A stretch of DNA of 64,000 nt, from the NCBI GenBank assembly GCA_028281165.1, contig JANQKI010000013.1, positions 14,825 to 78,824 of the forward strand, read 5' to 3'. This DNA is from Opitutaceae bacterium (GTDB lineage Bacteria; Verrucomicrobiota; Verrucomicrobiia; Opitutales; Opitutaceae). Position numbers and translations under genes: made by a program. Below are positions 28,379-38,216 of the stretch, piece after piece; position 1 is the stretch's first letter, and each line of letters starts with the position of its first letter. Under the pieces are notes generated by a model, which was not told the DNA's origin, did no database searches, and saw only the letters and a list, made by a program, of their open reading frames with translations.

Positions 28379-31039
28379 ATGAACATGCGCCAAGTGACTA
28401 GCAACGGAGCGAGAGCGTTCGTCCTCGTCGTGGCGGTCTTTGCCTTTCTAACCTCTCGGTCGAGTGCCGAGGAGCCACATGCTTTTGAGCTGAAAGCTAA
28501 CACCGCAGCCAAATCCCTAAAGCAATTCGCGCGGCAGGCACGCTTGAGCATTATCTTCAAGCCCAGTACTGTTAGGGATATTCGGACCAACGAAGTCCGG
28601 GGCCTCATGCTCCCGGAAGATGCTCTGACGCAACTCCTCGACAACACGCTCCTCGACTTTCGCCGTAGCGGTGGATCAGGTGGCTTGGTGGTCTTTCGCC
28701 AGGAAAAAATGGAGGCCGTATCCGGCACTGACATTGCACGAATCGACGAATATCCTCCTGGGGACAAATTTCCGAAAAAAAGTTTCATAGGTCACATTGC
28801 AAACCTGTTAGTCGCGCCCGGCGAGGGTAAACCTCACAGAGGAGCGGATCCCGAATTCGATAAAATTACCCTCTCCCCTTTCGTCGTTGAAGCGGACGAT
28901 AGCAGCACTTACAATGCTTCCAACGCGCATAGCGCTACACGAATGTATGTGCCGCTTAAATACGTTCCATTCAACCTTCAAGTAATAACGAACGCCTTTA
29001 TCGACGACACCATGTCTTTTGGTGGCGAGCCGCTACCCTTTGGAGGAGGCGCCAATCGCGAAGCCACTTCCTGGATCGGCGCGGTTGAAGGCAAGAGCGT
29101 TCGTGGATTCAACACGCGCGAATACCTTCGCAATGGATTCTTGCGCTATTCGGACAATGGTTCCGCAACTATTGATCGAATTGAAGTGATCAAAGGCCCC
29201 ACCTCGGTTTTGGATGGCATCACAAGTCCCGGAGGCGTTATCAATGTCATAACGAAAACACCCGACCCTCATCAGGACTTTTCTCGTTTTAAAATCGTAT
29301 TGGGCGCGCCTCTCAATCGTATCGTCGCCAATTTCGACATCAATCGCCGTCTCAACGGAAAAACTGACCATTTTCCCAAATTCACATTCCGTCTAGCCGC
29401 CGGGTATGAAAAATCCCACTACCTGTCGCGTTATCGTAAACGCGAGCTTGAGAACATCATGCCATCGCTTTATGTCGAATTGTCGGAAAACACCTTTATA
29501 GGAATCCAACACGAATATTACTATGTTAATGGCGAAAGGGGCAATGAGATCTATGGCTTTTTCAATACGGTGCCAGTGGAACATCCCAATGGTCTTGATG
29601 GCGAGGTCCCTTTGAGCGATCACTACGGTATCGACAGGTTCATGTCTTGGGACGGTCCCGATTTCAGCACGCCGGAGCGGGTCAACGATTCACTTGTTTC
29701 CTTTCAGCATTCCTTTGCCAAGAATTTTGTATTCAAAATCGACTACAGCTATCACAAGCGAAGAGTTAATTGGGGTCCCTATAGCGTACGCCGTGAAGTT
29801 AACGAAACGAATGGCGTTCCCTATTGGAGCCATGAATGGGCGCAAAACGACCGCTCGCAGTCCGTTGAAGGCCTTCGGGTCAACGCTGCCTATACAGCCC
29901 AGACGAGCAATGCGGAACATCGCTTTGTTGCAGGCTACGTAAAACAAGATGACTCCACCATATCCGCCCCTGAAGACTTCGCTAACGAGGATGGCACGCT
30001 GCTGCGCTCCCGTTTTCCGCTGCTTGATCCCGCTCCTGACCTCCGAGCCCCTTCGCCTCCCGCGTTAAGTCGCCGGCCGCGAAGCGATAGAAATGTTGGA
30101 ACGGATTCTCTCTACCTGAACCACCACGCTCGATGGTTCAACGGCAAGCTGACGACATTGTGGGGAATATATAACGCAAATTTGGATACGACTCGACTTC
30201 AGACTCAACGAGATCCCCTCGTTCCGGCGCTCGACCCGATATTCTATAAGGCAAGCAAGGCGATGCCCCAAGCGGGAATCGTGTATGCGCTCAACAATTT
30301 CATCGGACTGTACGCCAACTATTCCGAATCCATGCAGGGCAACGCGGGCGTGCTTGATGGATTCGATGATCCATTTCCGGAAACGCCCGGTGAGATTCGA
30401 GAAATCGGAAGCAAGTTCGAAACGGAAGGCGGTAAAATCAGTGGCATCGTAAGTCTATTTGAAATCAAGGAATCCAATCGCATCGTTTGGGACCCGCTAG
30501 CCCCCAATAAGGACAACCCCAGCGCTGATCCAAGCCTGGAACGAGGAGCAAACGTTTCAATCGACGAACTCACTTCCAAGGGATTCGACGCGGACCTGTT
30601 CTTCTACCCGATAAAGAACTTCAATACGGTACTGAGCTATGGATACAAATCGATGGAGGTTTCCGCAGACGAGGATCCGAATTGGGTTGGCCGCTCACAA
30701 AATATCTACAAGCACAAGATCAGCCTGTTTAACAAGTACACTTGGTCGGAGGGGCCACTAGCCGGCGTTTCTGCCAACGCGGGCTTGACGTGGCGCAGCA
30801 AGCAGCAGCGACACCATGATCGGTTTGGCGCTCCCGCGTATGAGGATCCCCGCCTTGGCCTTCAAGTCGGCGTGGGCTATCAATGGAAGAGCGAACGAGC
30901 GAGCTATCAAGTGCGTCTAGCCGCCAAGAATTTGGGCAAATTCACGAAGTTGTCTTCTGGATACATTCCCGGAACGCGCGACGCGTATTACCAAGAACTT
31001 CCCGCTGAGTATTTACTTTCCTTCGACATGGGTTACTAA
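28379..31039 (+). CDS. TonB-dependent transducer (STN signalling domain + plug + barrel)
   Basis: 886 aa. An N-terminal STN-like segment (AAKSLKQFARQARLSIIFKPSTVRDIRTNEVRGLMLPEDALTQLLDNTLL) precedes the plug (DRIEVIKGPTSVLDGITSPGGVINVITKTP). The C-terminus is ..LLSFDMGY. Confidence 0.9.
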   Translation: MNMRQVTSNGARAFVLVVAVFAFLTSRSSAEEPHAFELKANTAAKSLKQFARQARLSIIFKPSTVRDIRTNEVRGLMLPEDALTQLLDNTLLDFRRSGGSGGLVVFRQEKMEAVSGTDIARIDEYPPGDKFPKKSFIGHIANLLVAPGEGKPHRGADPEFDKITLSPFVVEADDSSTYNASNAHSATRMYVPLKYVPFNLQVITNAFIDDTMSFGGEPLPFGGGANREATSWIGAVEGKSVRGFNTREYLRNGFLRYSDNGSATIDRIEVIKGPTSVLDGITSPGGVINVITKTPDPHQDFSRFKIVLGAPLNRIVANFDINRRLNGKTDHFPKFTFRLAAGYEKSHYLSRYRKRELENIMPSLYVELSENTFIGIQHEYYYVNGERGNEIYGFFNTVPVEHPNGLDGEVPLSDHYGIDRFMSWDGPDFSTPERVNDSLVSFQHSFAKNFVFKIDYSYHKRRVNWGPYSVRREVNETNGVPYWSHEWAQNDRSQSVEGLRVNAAYTAQTSNAEHRFVAGYVKQDDSTISAPEDFANEDGTLLRSRFPLLDPAPDLRAPSPPALSRRPRSDRNVGTDSLYLNHHARWFNGKLTTLWGIYNANLDTTRLQTQRDPLVPALDPIFYKASKAMPQAGIVYALNNFIGLYANYSESMQGNAGVLDGFDDPFPETPGEIREIGSKFETEGGKISGIVSLFEIKESNRIVWDPLAPNKDNPSADPSLERGANVSIDELTSKGFDADLFFYPIKNFNTVLSYGYKSMEVSADEDPNWVGRSQNIYKHKISLFNKYTWSEGPLAGVSANAGLTWRSKQQRHHDRFGAPAYEDPRLGLQVGVGYQWKSERASYQVRLAAKNLGKFTKLSSGYIPGTRDAYYQELPAEYLLSFDMGY

Positions 31040-31839
31040 AGCGGAACAAGAATGACCTGTAGAATCGCATCTTTTTTACCGAGAATTTTTGTATCCAAAA
31101 TATGATTTTTTTCGATCCTGGCGCTACACCTTCTTCGAAGATGGCAGTGCTTTCCCCATCAACAGAGCAGTTGATTGGAATCATAATTCGCAACGGCGCT
31201 TCGCGTTAGCCTGAAGGTCGTGTGGCCACACACTCCAAGTGCCATAAGCTATGACTTCGTTGTTTACGGACGAGCCGCAGTAGGGTCGTCACGTCAAACT
31301 AACCCATCGCGAAAGGAGCATGATTAATCGCAAAAGCAAATCGAGGAATGGACCCATTGCGATCCAAACTGTCAGCCCCTACTGTAGAACCAACCAATCC
31401 AAAGACCCCTAGAGTAGGCGGTTTCGTCGCCTTCCGGAATCTTACCGTTCGCAGCAGCATTGGACTCAACGGTAATCGAGTCATTCGGATCAAGCGTTAC
31501 AGGATCGATTCTGAAATGGGCTTCCGAATAACCTTCTTCGGTTTCTGGATTCGTGAACTCTCCGATAACGTCATCATTGACCCTCACTCGGTAAACGCTC
31601 TCTACGTCCGTTTCACATAGCGTCACCAATTACGAGGTCGAACGTTTCCGATTATGTCTGTCGAATGATCGCGCTGGCTCGAGCGAAGCTATTGCGGTAA
31701 TGGCGGCGTCAATAGCATAAGCCTTCCTGGCCTTGTCGTAATAGCCTAGAATAGGAAGTTACGACCAGAATGCAAATGGCTATCAAGCTTCTCATAATGC
31801 ATTCTGGTCGGGATTCGAAATCAAAAAAGACTCACTCGT

Positions 31840-33759
31840 CTAACGGCGTACGACGACCGCCCAGTCCTCATTTGCATCGGAAGGAGCCTTGCCTAAGGAC
31901 ACCTTGCGCCCGCCCCTAACTTTATCAATCGTTCCCTTCTGCATCTCTCCACCTTCGCGCGGGTTGAACCACTCTAGCGTGAAGTTGCCGCTCGCATCGC
32001 TCAGGTCGAGTGTCACCTCACCCCCTTCTGGCATGTAAACCACGTATGCCTCATTATTGGCCGCCAGGCAGAAATTTCCATTCTCGTTCTCCGCGTTATT
32101 CACGAGAGCATTCTCATTTCGCATACGCTGAAAAGGAAGTCCACTTTCCTGAAAGAATTCGATAGCGACTCGTCCGTATCCCCAGGAACGATGTCGGCTC
32201 CGATAGTCCTCAGCCACCAAGTCGTTTTCAGCTAGTTTGTATCCAAAATAGTACTCAACCCCAGCTCCTCCTGCCATCAAGTTGCCCCACAGAGTAAATT
32301 TGCGAACATCGTGCAGATCGTAATCGCCATTTTTGTCATTCGCAATTCCATCTAAACCCTTGTAGCCAGGATCCGGAGGCACTCCCATATTGGCAGGTCC
32401 TTGCTCATCGTTGGGGCAAACCCAGGCCTTGCCCGCCAGCTCCGACGTCTTGATCCATTGCAGGGTACGCTGATGGGTATGATCCCAACTATTTTGCATG
32501 GAGGGGCCGACTATCGCCGACTTCGCGCCTAACAAAGTTGGATACACTAAATCCTGGTCGGACGGGTAAGTGTGGATCATGATCGGGTGGTCGTAATCGT
32601 CGAGCTCGTCGACGTACCCAGCCATGTCGCGAACCGCAGCGTAGGTTTGAGTATTCTCCTCGCCGAGATTCCAATTGAGGGCAAGGTGATGGCCGAATCG
32701 AGCTATCAATTCACGATAATAAACCTTGCGTTCTGGACCTAGCCATCCGCCATCTAGAGCTTCTGGAACTAGAGAGTCGCGTCGTTCTCTCCCTATTCTT
32801 TGGTCATCGTTTTCCGTTTCCTGAGTCTTAAAGTGCAGGAAGATGCCAAGACTTTGGGCATGACTGAAGATCGTTCCCCACTGGTCGAGCTTGGAGCAAT
32901 CAAACGCGAAGTGATTATCGCGACCACGGTAGGGCCAAACGTTATCACCGTCGCCACCCGCATTGTAGGTTAAAAACGATACCGCATTCGCTCCAACTTC
33001 ACCAAGGTAATTCATCGCTCCGATCAGCGCCTTGCCACGTCCCTCTCCCCATACCGGATCTCCTTTATTCCAGTCATCGAGATGAGGCTTCCAACTTTTG
33101 AGGGGCCCCTTCTCGGGCAGCATCGTAGTCGTATTATCGAAGTCAGTATAAGCGAGCATTGTCTCTGGAGCATCCGGTCCCGCTTTGAAAAAGTAGCTGC
33201 CATCGCCGGCAAAGCGAAGATATCGCTGATTTACGTATTGCAGCCTTCCTCTCGAACGAAAGTCGGGAGCGGATTTGTTTGACACCTTAACTTCAAATTC
33301 ACCACTCGCTCCATCGAAAGGAGCCAAAGCCTCGCCACTCGATGGTTCGATTGCCACGTCATCTCCGGCCGAAAAATGCGTCCGGTAATACCAAACACCT
33401 GTCTTGTCCGGGGAAACGTGCGCCCTCCATACATTCCCCGAATCCGCCGACGTATTTGCCGCGTCGCCATCCGCCGCGAAATAGCCTGGTACCGTGTAGG
33501 TCGGAACGCCTGACTCGTGGGAGAAGGTCACGAAAAAACTGTAGTCGCGAAACGGACGCGGCGACTCGTCTAGCTCGGACGCGTACGGTCCTGCAAGATC
33601 AAGCGTCACCGCGTGCCATTGACGCAGTTCGCCATGGATGGTGACCGAGCCATCTCCGTTTTGCTTTTCCGCGGCGAACATACAGGTCGCCATTAAGTTA
33701 AGAATAAGCGCAGTCGCGAGCGGACCGCGTAATGAAAGATATGCAAGGATTCGGTTCAT
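31840..33759 (-). CDS. DUF5060-type N-terminal domain + TIM-barrel glycoside-hydrolase-like protein (GH5/GH140-like)
   Basis: 639 aa with a signal peptide. VTIHGELRQWHAVTLDLAGPYASE...PFRDYSFFVTF...VPGYFAADGDAANTSADSGNVWRAHVSPDKTGVWYY is the DUF5060 pattern as I recall it, followed by a cellulase-like region. Confidence 0.75.
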   Translation of the reverse strand: MNRILAYLSLRGPLATALILNLMATCMFAAEKQNGDGSVTIHGELRQWHAVTLDLAGPYASELDESPRPFRDYSFFVTFSHESGVPTYTVPGYFAADGDAANTSADSGNVWRAHVSPDKTGVWYYRTHFSAGDDVAIEPSSGEALAPFDGASGEFEVKVSNKSAPDFRSRGRLQYVNQRYLRFAGDGSYFFKAGPDAPETMLAYTDFDNTTTMLPEKGPLKSWKPHLDDWNKGDPVWGEGRGKALIGAMNYLGEVGANAVSFLTYNAGGDGDNVWPYRGRDNHFAFDCSKLDQWGTIFSHAQSLGIFLHFKTQETENDDQRIGRERRDSLVPEALDGGWLGPERKVYYRELIARFGHHLALNWNLGEENTQTYAAVRDMAGYVDELDDYDHPIMIHTYPSDQDLVYPTLLGAKSAIVGPSMQNSWDHTHQRTLQWIKTSELAGKAWVCPNDEQGPANMGVPPDPGYKGLDGIANDKNGDYDLHDVRKFTLWGNLMAGGAGVEYYFGYKLAENDLVAEDYRSRHRSWGYGRVAIEFFQESGLPFQRMRNENALVNNAENENGNFCLAANNEAYVVYMPEGGEVTLDLSDASGNFTLEWFNPREGGEMQKGTIDKVRGGRKVSLGKAPSDANEDWAVVVRR

Positions 33760-33898
33760 GGGATCAGTTGAGTGACGGGGTAAACAAATAGATAGCGAGG
33801 CGCCAAACTGGCCTGTGCAAAAAAGAGTTTACCATCTAACTCTTTCCCACTCCATGTTTATTTGCTCAATTTATCTGAGATTTTGCGTCATAAATAAA

Positions 33899-35041
33899 TC
33901 AACGTTTCGAGCGCGCCCGATATTCTCTAGGGCTCTCTCCAAAACGTCGCTTGAAGGCGACCGTAAGGTATTCTGGATACTCGTAGCCCGCGCTCTCGGC
34001 AACGGCCGAAATCGGCAACGAACTACGGGCCAACAAGTCCGTCACGCGCTCCATGCGCACACATTCGATCTGCTCCCGCGGCGTGCGCCCCAAGATCTTG
34101 CGAAACTGGCGCTCCAATTGCGTGCGCGCCATCGGCACTTTGGCCAATACGTCTTGCACTGAAATTCCTTTGCACGCGTTCTCAAGGATAAATGCCAGGG
34201 CCGAAGAAATTTTCGGGTCGTCAATTGCGACTAGATCCGTCGACTGGCGCTTCGCGATCCCCACTGGGTCAATTCGCTTCAACTGTTCAACCTTGTCTCC
34301 GCTCATCAGGCGAGACAGAACAGAAGCCGCCTCGTAACCTGACAATCTGGCATTGGGAATAACGCTTGAGAGAGGCGGATCGCAAAATTCGCACAGGATC
34401 TCGTCATTGTGAATTCCGAGCACTGCAACGTCATCAGGCGCACGCAACCCTGCTTCGCGACAGGCCTCCAAAACTTCCTGTCCGCGGATGTCATAGCATG
34501 CGAGAACGCCAGTCCCCGCAGGCAAGCCTTTCAACCATCTCGCCAGTCTTCCAATCTCCGTATCTGGTCTGCCTATACGCGAAGACCGAACGAAGCAAGG
34601 AGCTTCGCGTTCCTCCAAAAGGCTGCGAAAGAGGCTCTCTCTGACTCGCGACCAAAAGAATTTTCGGTCTCCGCAAAACGCGAAGTTCTTGATTCCAAGC
34701 TCGTTGAAGTGCTCTATGGCCATCTCCACCACCCGCTGACTATTAGTTACCACTCGGGGAAACAAAGGTTGTTCTAAACCTGCGCTCACATCCACGACCG
34801 GAATTCGCAACTCCGATAACGCTCGGCCTATCCGCTCGTCCTCCACCCGGGCGATGATCCCATCACCCCTCCAATCCCGTAGCCACTCCGGCTCCGCTGC
34901 GCCACGCCCTTGTTCGACCAATCGAAACGACCAATTCGCATCGTTCTCGCTCGCCCAACTATGAATTCCACGCAGCAATTCCCGTCCATAAACATTGGAA
35001 GTTTCAATAAGAAGAGCAATCCTTGGGCGAGTGGTCGACAT
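33899..35041 (-). CDS. XylR-like regulator (periplasmic-binding-protein-type sensor + AraC-type HTH)
   Basis: 380 aa. An N-terminal LacI/PBP-like domain (RIALLIETSNVYGRELLRGI) is followed by a C-terminal AraC HTH (..QLERQFRKILGRTPREQIECVRMERVTDLLARSSLPISAVAESAGYEYPEYLTVAFKRRFGESPREYR). Confidence 0.85.
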   Translation of the reverse strand: MSTTRPRIALLIETSNVYGRELLRGIHSWASENDANWSFRLVEQGRGAAEPEWLRDWRGDGIIARVEDERIGRALSELRIPVVDVSAGLEQPLFPRVVTNSQRVVEMAIEHFNELGIKNFAFCGDRKFFWSRVRESLFRSLLEEREAPCFVRSSRIGRPDTEIGRLARWLKGLPAGTGVLACYDIRGQEVLEACREAGLRAPDDVAVLGIHNDEILCEFCDPPLSSVIPNARLSGYEAASVLSRLMSGDKVEQLKRIDPVGIAKRQSTDLVAIDDPKISSALAFILENACKGISVQDVLAKVPMARTQLERQFRKILGRTPREQIECVRMERVTDLLARSSLPISAVAESAGYEYPEYLTVAFKRRFGESPREYRARSKR

Positions 35042-35168
35042 CGATTCGCGGATACGCTTCTTGTAGTGCTTCCCACAATATCAATCAAGATCTAATTGAC
35101 GCATTTTCTATATTTAATTGAGCAAACGCACATTACAGATTTCAACTGGCAGCGCTAATCTTCAGCAA

Positions 35169-35560
35169 ATGCCACTATGCGAAATCGCTGTTCTGCCCGG
35201 CGATAGCATCGGTCCTGAAGTCGTCGAATCCAACCTCTGCATCCTCGAGGATTCTTACGAAAACCATCCCGAACTCGAACTCTCCTACTAGACTTTTTCC
35301 GTGAGCGCCGACGAGTACTTGAATAATGGAGACCCGCTTCAAGAAGCGACTCTTGATGCAATCAAGCGCTGCGACGCCACTCTCCTTGGAGCCATGGGAC
35401 TGCCTAACGTACGCTGGCCAAATGCCGTCAAAATGACTCCTCAAATCGATCTCCGCGAAAAGCTCGATCTCTACCAGGGCATTCGCCCGATCAAGCTTTT
35501 CCACGAATCCCACAGCCCACTACGCGTTCCCAATGAGCTCGGCACCGACTTCGTTATCAT
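35169..35560 (+). pseudogene. Isocitrate/isopropylmalate/tartrate dehydrogenase-family gene, N-terminal ~130 codons only
   Basis: Reads MPLCEIAVLPGDSIGPEVVE...ELELSY*TFSVSADEYL...ATLLGAMGLPNV...LDLYQGIRPIKLF...GTDFVIM. There is an in-frame TAG at 35289-35291, and homology stops abruptly at 35560. Confidence 0.75.
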
Positions 35561-35782
35561 GATCGGTTTGGCGCTCCCGCGTATGAGGATCCCCGCTTTG
35601 GCCTTCAAGTCGGCGTGGGCTATCAATGGAAGGGCGAACGAGCGAACTATCAGGTTCGTCTGGCCGCCAAGAATTTGGGCAAATTCACGAAGTTGTTTTC
35701 TGGATACATTCCGGGAACGCGCGACGCGCATTACCAAGAACTTCCCGCTGAGTATTTGCTTTCCCTCGACGTAGATTACTAA
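35561..35782 (+). pseudogene. Orphan 3' stub (last ~73 codons) of a third TonB-dependent receptor paralog
   Basis: 35558-35784 aligns without gaps to 30815-31041, with 14 mismatches in 227 nt by my manual count. It translates as DRFGAPAYEDPRFGLQVGVGYQWKGERANYQVRLAAKNLGKFTKLFSGYIPGTRDAHYQELPAEYLLSLDVDY*. Confidence 0.85.
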
Positions 35783-36252
35783 AGGCGTCCGGACAAATCG
35801 CTTGGACACGACAATTTGGAGGAGACGATTACCTATGGTCCGCAAACCAATCAGGTGAAGAAGACAAGCAACTACCGCTATGATCGAACTACGAAAACTC
35901 AATCGGGAAACCAATACAAACACGTGTTTGATATTTGTTGCATGAATCGAAGTCTTTCTATCAGATTCCCGAACTAATGAAACCGTATCCACTGAATTTC
36001 GTCCTAATTTTCCTTCCCTCACTAACACCAATGGTCGGCGCTACGCGAAAGAGCAATTCCCCAAGCCAACAAAACGGATCAATCGGTACGAAAAGCAGAG
36101 AGGCATTTCATCCGGTCAAGATATGCTGACCAACGCGGAAACGTATTGTGATCCGGTCCATATTCACGACCTGAAGATGGGAGAGTAGAAAGAGCCGATT
36201 CGTTTCCCTGTAGCCTCTTCATCTTGTCTTCTACTTTCAACTACGCCTGATT

Positions 36253-38136
36253 ATGCAACGACTAATTTTCGTCTATCTCTCCTTAATCTTTTGCGCTTCA
36301 GCCGCAATAGCCCGCAAACCGAATATCGTCTGGATAAGCTGCGAGGACATCAGCCCTCATTTAGGCTGCTACGGCGATCCTCACGCAATCACGCCCAACC
36401 TGGACAAACTGGCAGCGGAAGGGATTCGCTACGCAAACGCATTCACGACGGCTGGCGTTTGCGCTCCTTGTCGCAGCGGGATAATTACGGGAATGTATCA
36501 GACAACACTGGGAACGCAGCATATGCGAGGGCAAGCAAGTCTGCCCCCGGAAGTAAAACCGTTTCCAGTCTATTTGAGAGATGCAGGCTATTACTGTACG
36601 AATAACAGTAAGGAGGACTATCAGTTCGTAACCCCGAAGGAAACGTGGGACGATTCGAGCGGAAAGGCCCACTGGAGAAATCGAAGCGATAAGGAGCAAC
36701 CTTTCTTTTCCGTATTCAATTTCACGGGGTGCCACGAGAGCGGAATCTCCAGTGATAGTAAGTATCTGGAGGTAACGAAAAAACTTACGCCCCAGCAACG
36801 CCAAGACGCGTCGGCCCTCAGTACCTTGCCTCCCTATTATCCAGATACCCCGCTCGCGAGAGAGGATTGGAAACGTAATTACGAACTCATTACAGCAATG
36901 GACGCTTGGGCAGGCGAAATTATCGAACAGCTTAAGGAAGACGGCTTGCACGACAATACCATTATCTTTTTTTGGTCGGATCACGGCGTAGGTTTGCCGC
37001 GCGCTAAACGTTGGCTCTACGACTCTGGGACGCACGTGCCATTGATCGTTCGGATTCCCAAAGCGTTGCGAATCGATGAACAGGGCGCTGAAGGAACGGT
37101 TGTAGACCAGTTGGTCAGCTCGATCGACTTCGGACCAACCGTTATGAATCTATTGGGTCTAAATATGCCAGATCACATGCAAGGAAGACCCTTTTTAGGA
37201 GCTAATGCCGCGCCGCCTAGAGAGTATGTATTCGGAGCGAGGGATCGAATGGACGAGCGTTACGACATTATCCGGATGGCGCGCGATAAACGCTTTAAGT
37301 ATATCCGCAACTACGAACCCCTCAAACCTTACTACCAGTACATGAATACCCCTGAGAAAGGGTCTACCATGGCGGATCTAAGGAAATTGCATAAGAGGGG
37401 CGAGCTTACTCCAGCAGCTGAATACTATTTCTCGCCGACGAAGCCGGTGGAAGAGTTATACGACACCCATGCCGATCCTCACGAATTACACAACCTTGCG
37501 GCTGATCCCCAATATTCCGATACATTATCCCGACTGCGTGCGGCTCATCTCGAATGGGTCAAACGCACCAAGGATACTGGCCTGATCGCCGAGCCGATTC
37601 TAGTCGAGCGCGAGAATGCGATCGGTCATCGCTACGGTGTATTGAGACAGTCGTCGGACAGAGGATTTGCCAACCGTTTAGCGAACGTTGCCGTACAAGC
37701 GTCTGAAGGATTGCAGGCTTTGCCATACCTCAAAGAGGCGCTTGCCGACAAAGATGCAGCCGTGAGGTACTGGGCAGCCGTCGGAATCGGAAATATCGGC
37801 GAACCTGCGCTATCCGCTAAAGACGAAATAATAGCTGCATTGGAGGACGAGTCGGCAGTGGTACGAATTGCGGCGGCTCGCGCCCTATGTCGCATGGACA
37901 TGCCGAAAAAGGCTTTGCCTGTATTGACGGTCGAATTGGAAGAAGGCGCCCAGTGGGAGAGGCTCCACGCGGCGATCGTTTTGGATGAAATCGATGACAT
38001 GGCGCGACCTGTTTTATCGGAAATGCGGTCGGCACTCGCGCCAAGAGAGGAATTGTATCAAAAGGGTAAATACGTCGTTCGCGTAATCAACCGAGCATTG
38101 AATCAACTCGAAGAAACGACGCGAAAAACACGCTAG
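36253..38136 (+). CDS. Sulfatase (formylglycine-dependent, arylsulfatase A family) with a C-terminal HEAT-repeat region
   Basis: 627 aa with a signal peptide. PNIVWISCEDIS is followed by the CxPxR motif in TTAGVCAPCRSGIITG. The C-terminal ~160 aa carry HEAT-like repeats (AAVRYWAAVGIGNIG, SAVVRIAAARALCRM, ERLHAAIVLDEI). Confidence 0.85.
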   Translation: MQRLIFVYLSLIFCASAAIARKPNIVWISCEDISPHLGCYGDPHAITPNLDKLAAEGIRYANAFTTAGVCAPCRSGIITGMYQTTLGTQHMRGQASLPPEVKPFPVYLRDAGYYCTNNSKEDYQFVTPKETWDDSSGKAHWRNRSDKEQPFFSVFNFTGCHESGISSDSKYLEVTKKLTPQQRQDASALSTLPPYYPDTPLAREDWKRNYELITAMDAWAGEIIEQLKEDGLHDNTIIFFWSDHGVGLPRAKRWLYDSGTHVPLIVRIPKALRIDEQGAEGTVVDQLVSSIDFGPTVMNLLGLNMPDHMQGRPFLGANAAPPREYVFGARDRMDERYDIIRMARDKRFKYIRNYEPLKPYYQYMNTPEKGSTMADLRKLHKRGELTPAAEYYFSPTKPVEELYDTHADPHELHNLAADPQYSDTLSRLRAAHLEWVKRTKDTGLIAEPILVERENAIGHRYGVLRQSSDRGFANRLANVAVQASEGLQALPYLKEALADKDAAVRYWAAVGIGNIGEPALSAKDEIIAALEDESAVVRIAAARALCRMDMPKKALPVLTVELEEGAQWERLHAAIVLDEIDDMARPVLSEMRSALAPREELYQKGKYVVRVINRALNQLEETTRKTR

Positions 38137-38216
38137 AGCGACGGATAATAGCCTAGCAATAACGCGGCGCCAGAGGAGACTTCACATCGGTCGATTTAAA
38201 AATAGTCACAAGCAAA

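Noticed and set aside
35471-36031. A 186-aa minus-strand ORF spanning the dehydrogenase'/TBDR-stub junction.
   Set aside because: It runs antisense across two unrelated gene fragments and a non-coding stretch, has an odd composition and no motifs. Its length is a by-product of the open sense frames.
35785-36250. Plus-strand translation ...ETITYGPQTNQVKKTSNYRYDRTTKTQSGNQYKHVFD..., reminiscent of a YD/RHS repeat.
   Set aside because: There is only one weak YxYD-like match, interrupted by stops. That is insufficient to call an RHS remnant.
36361-37035. A 224-aa minus-strand ORF inside the sulfatase gene.
   Set aside because: It is antisense to a well-supported sulfatase CDS that has catalytic motifs.
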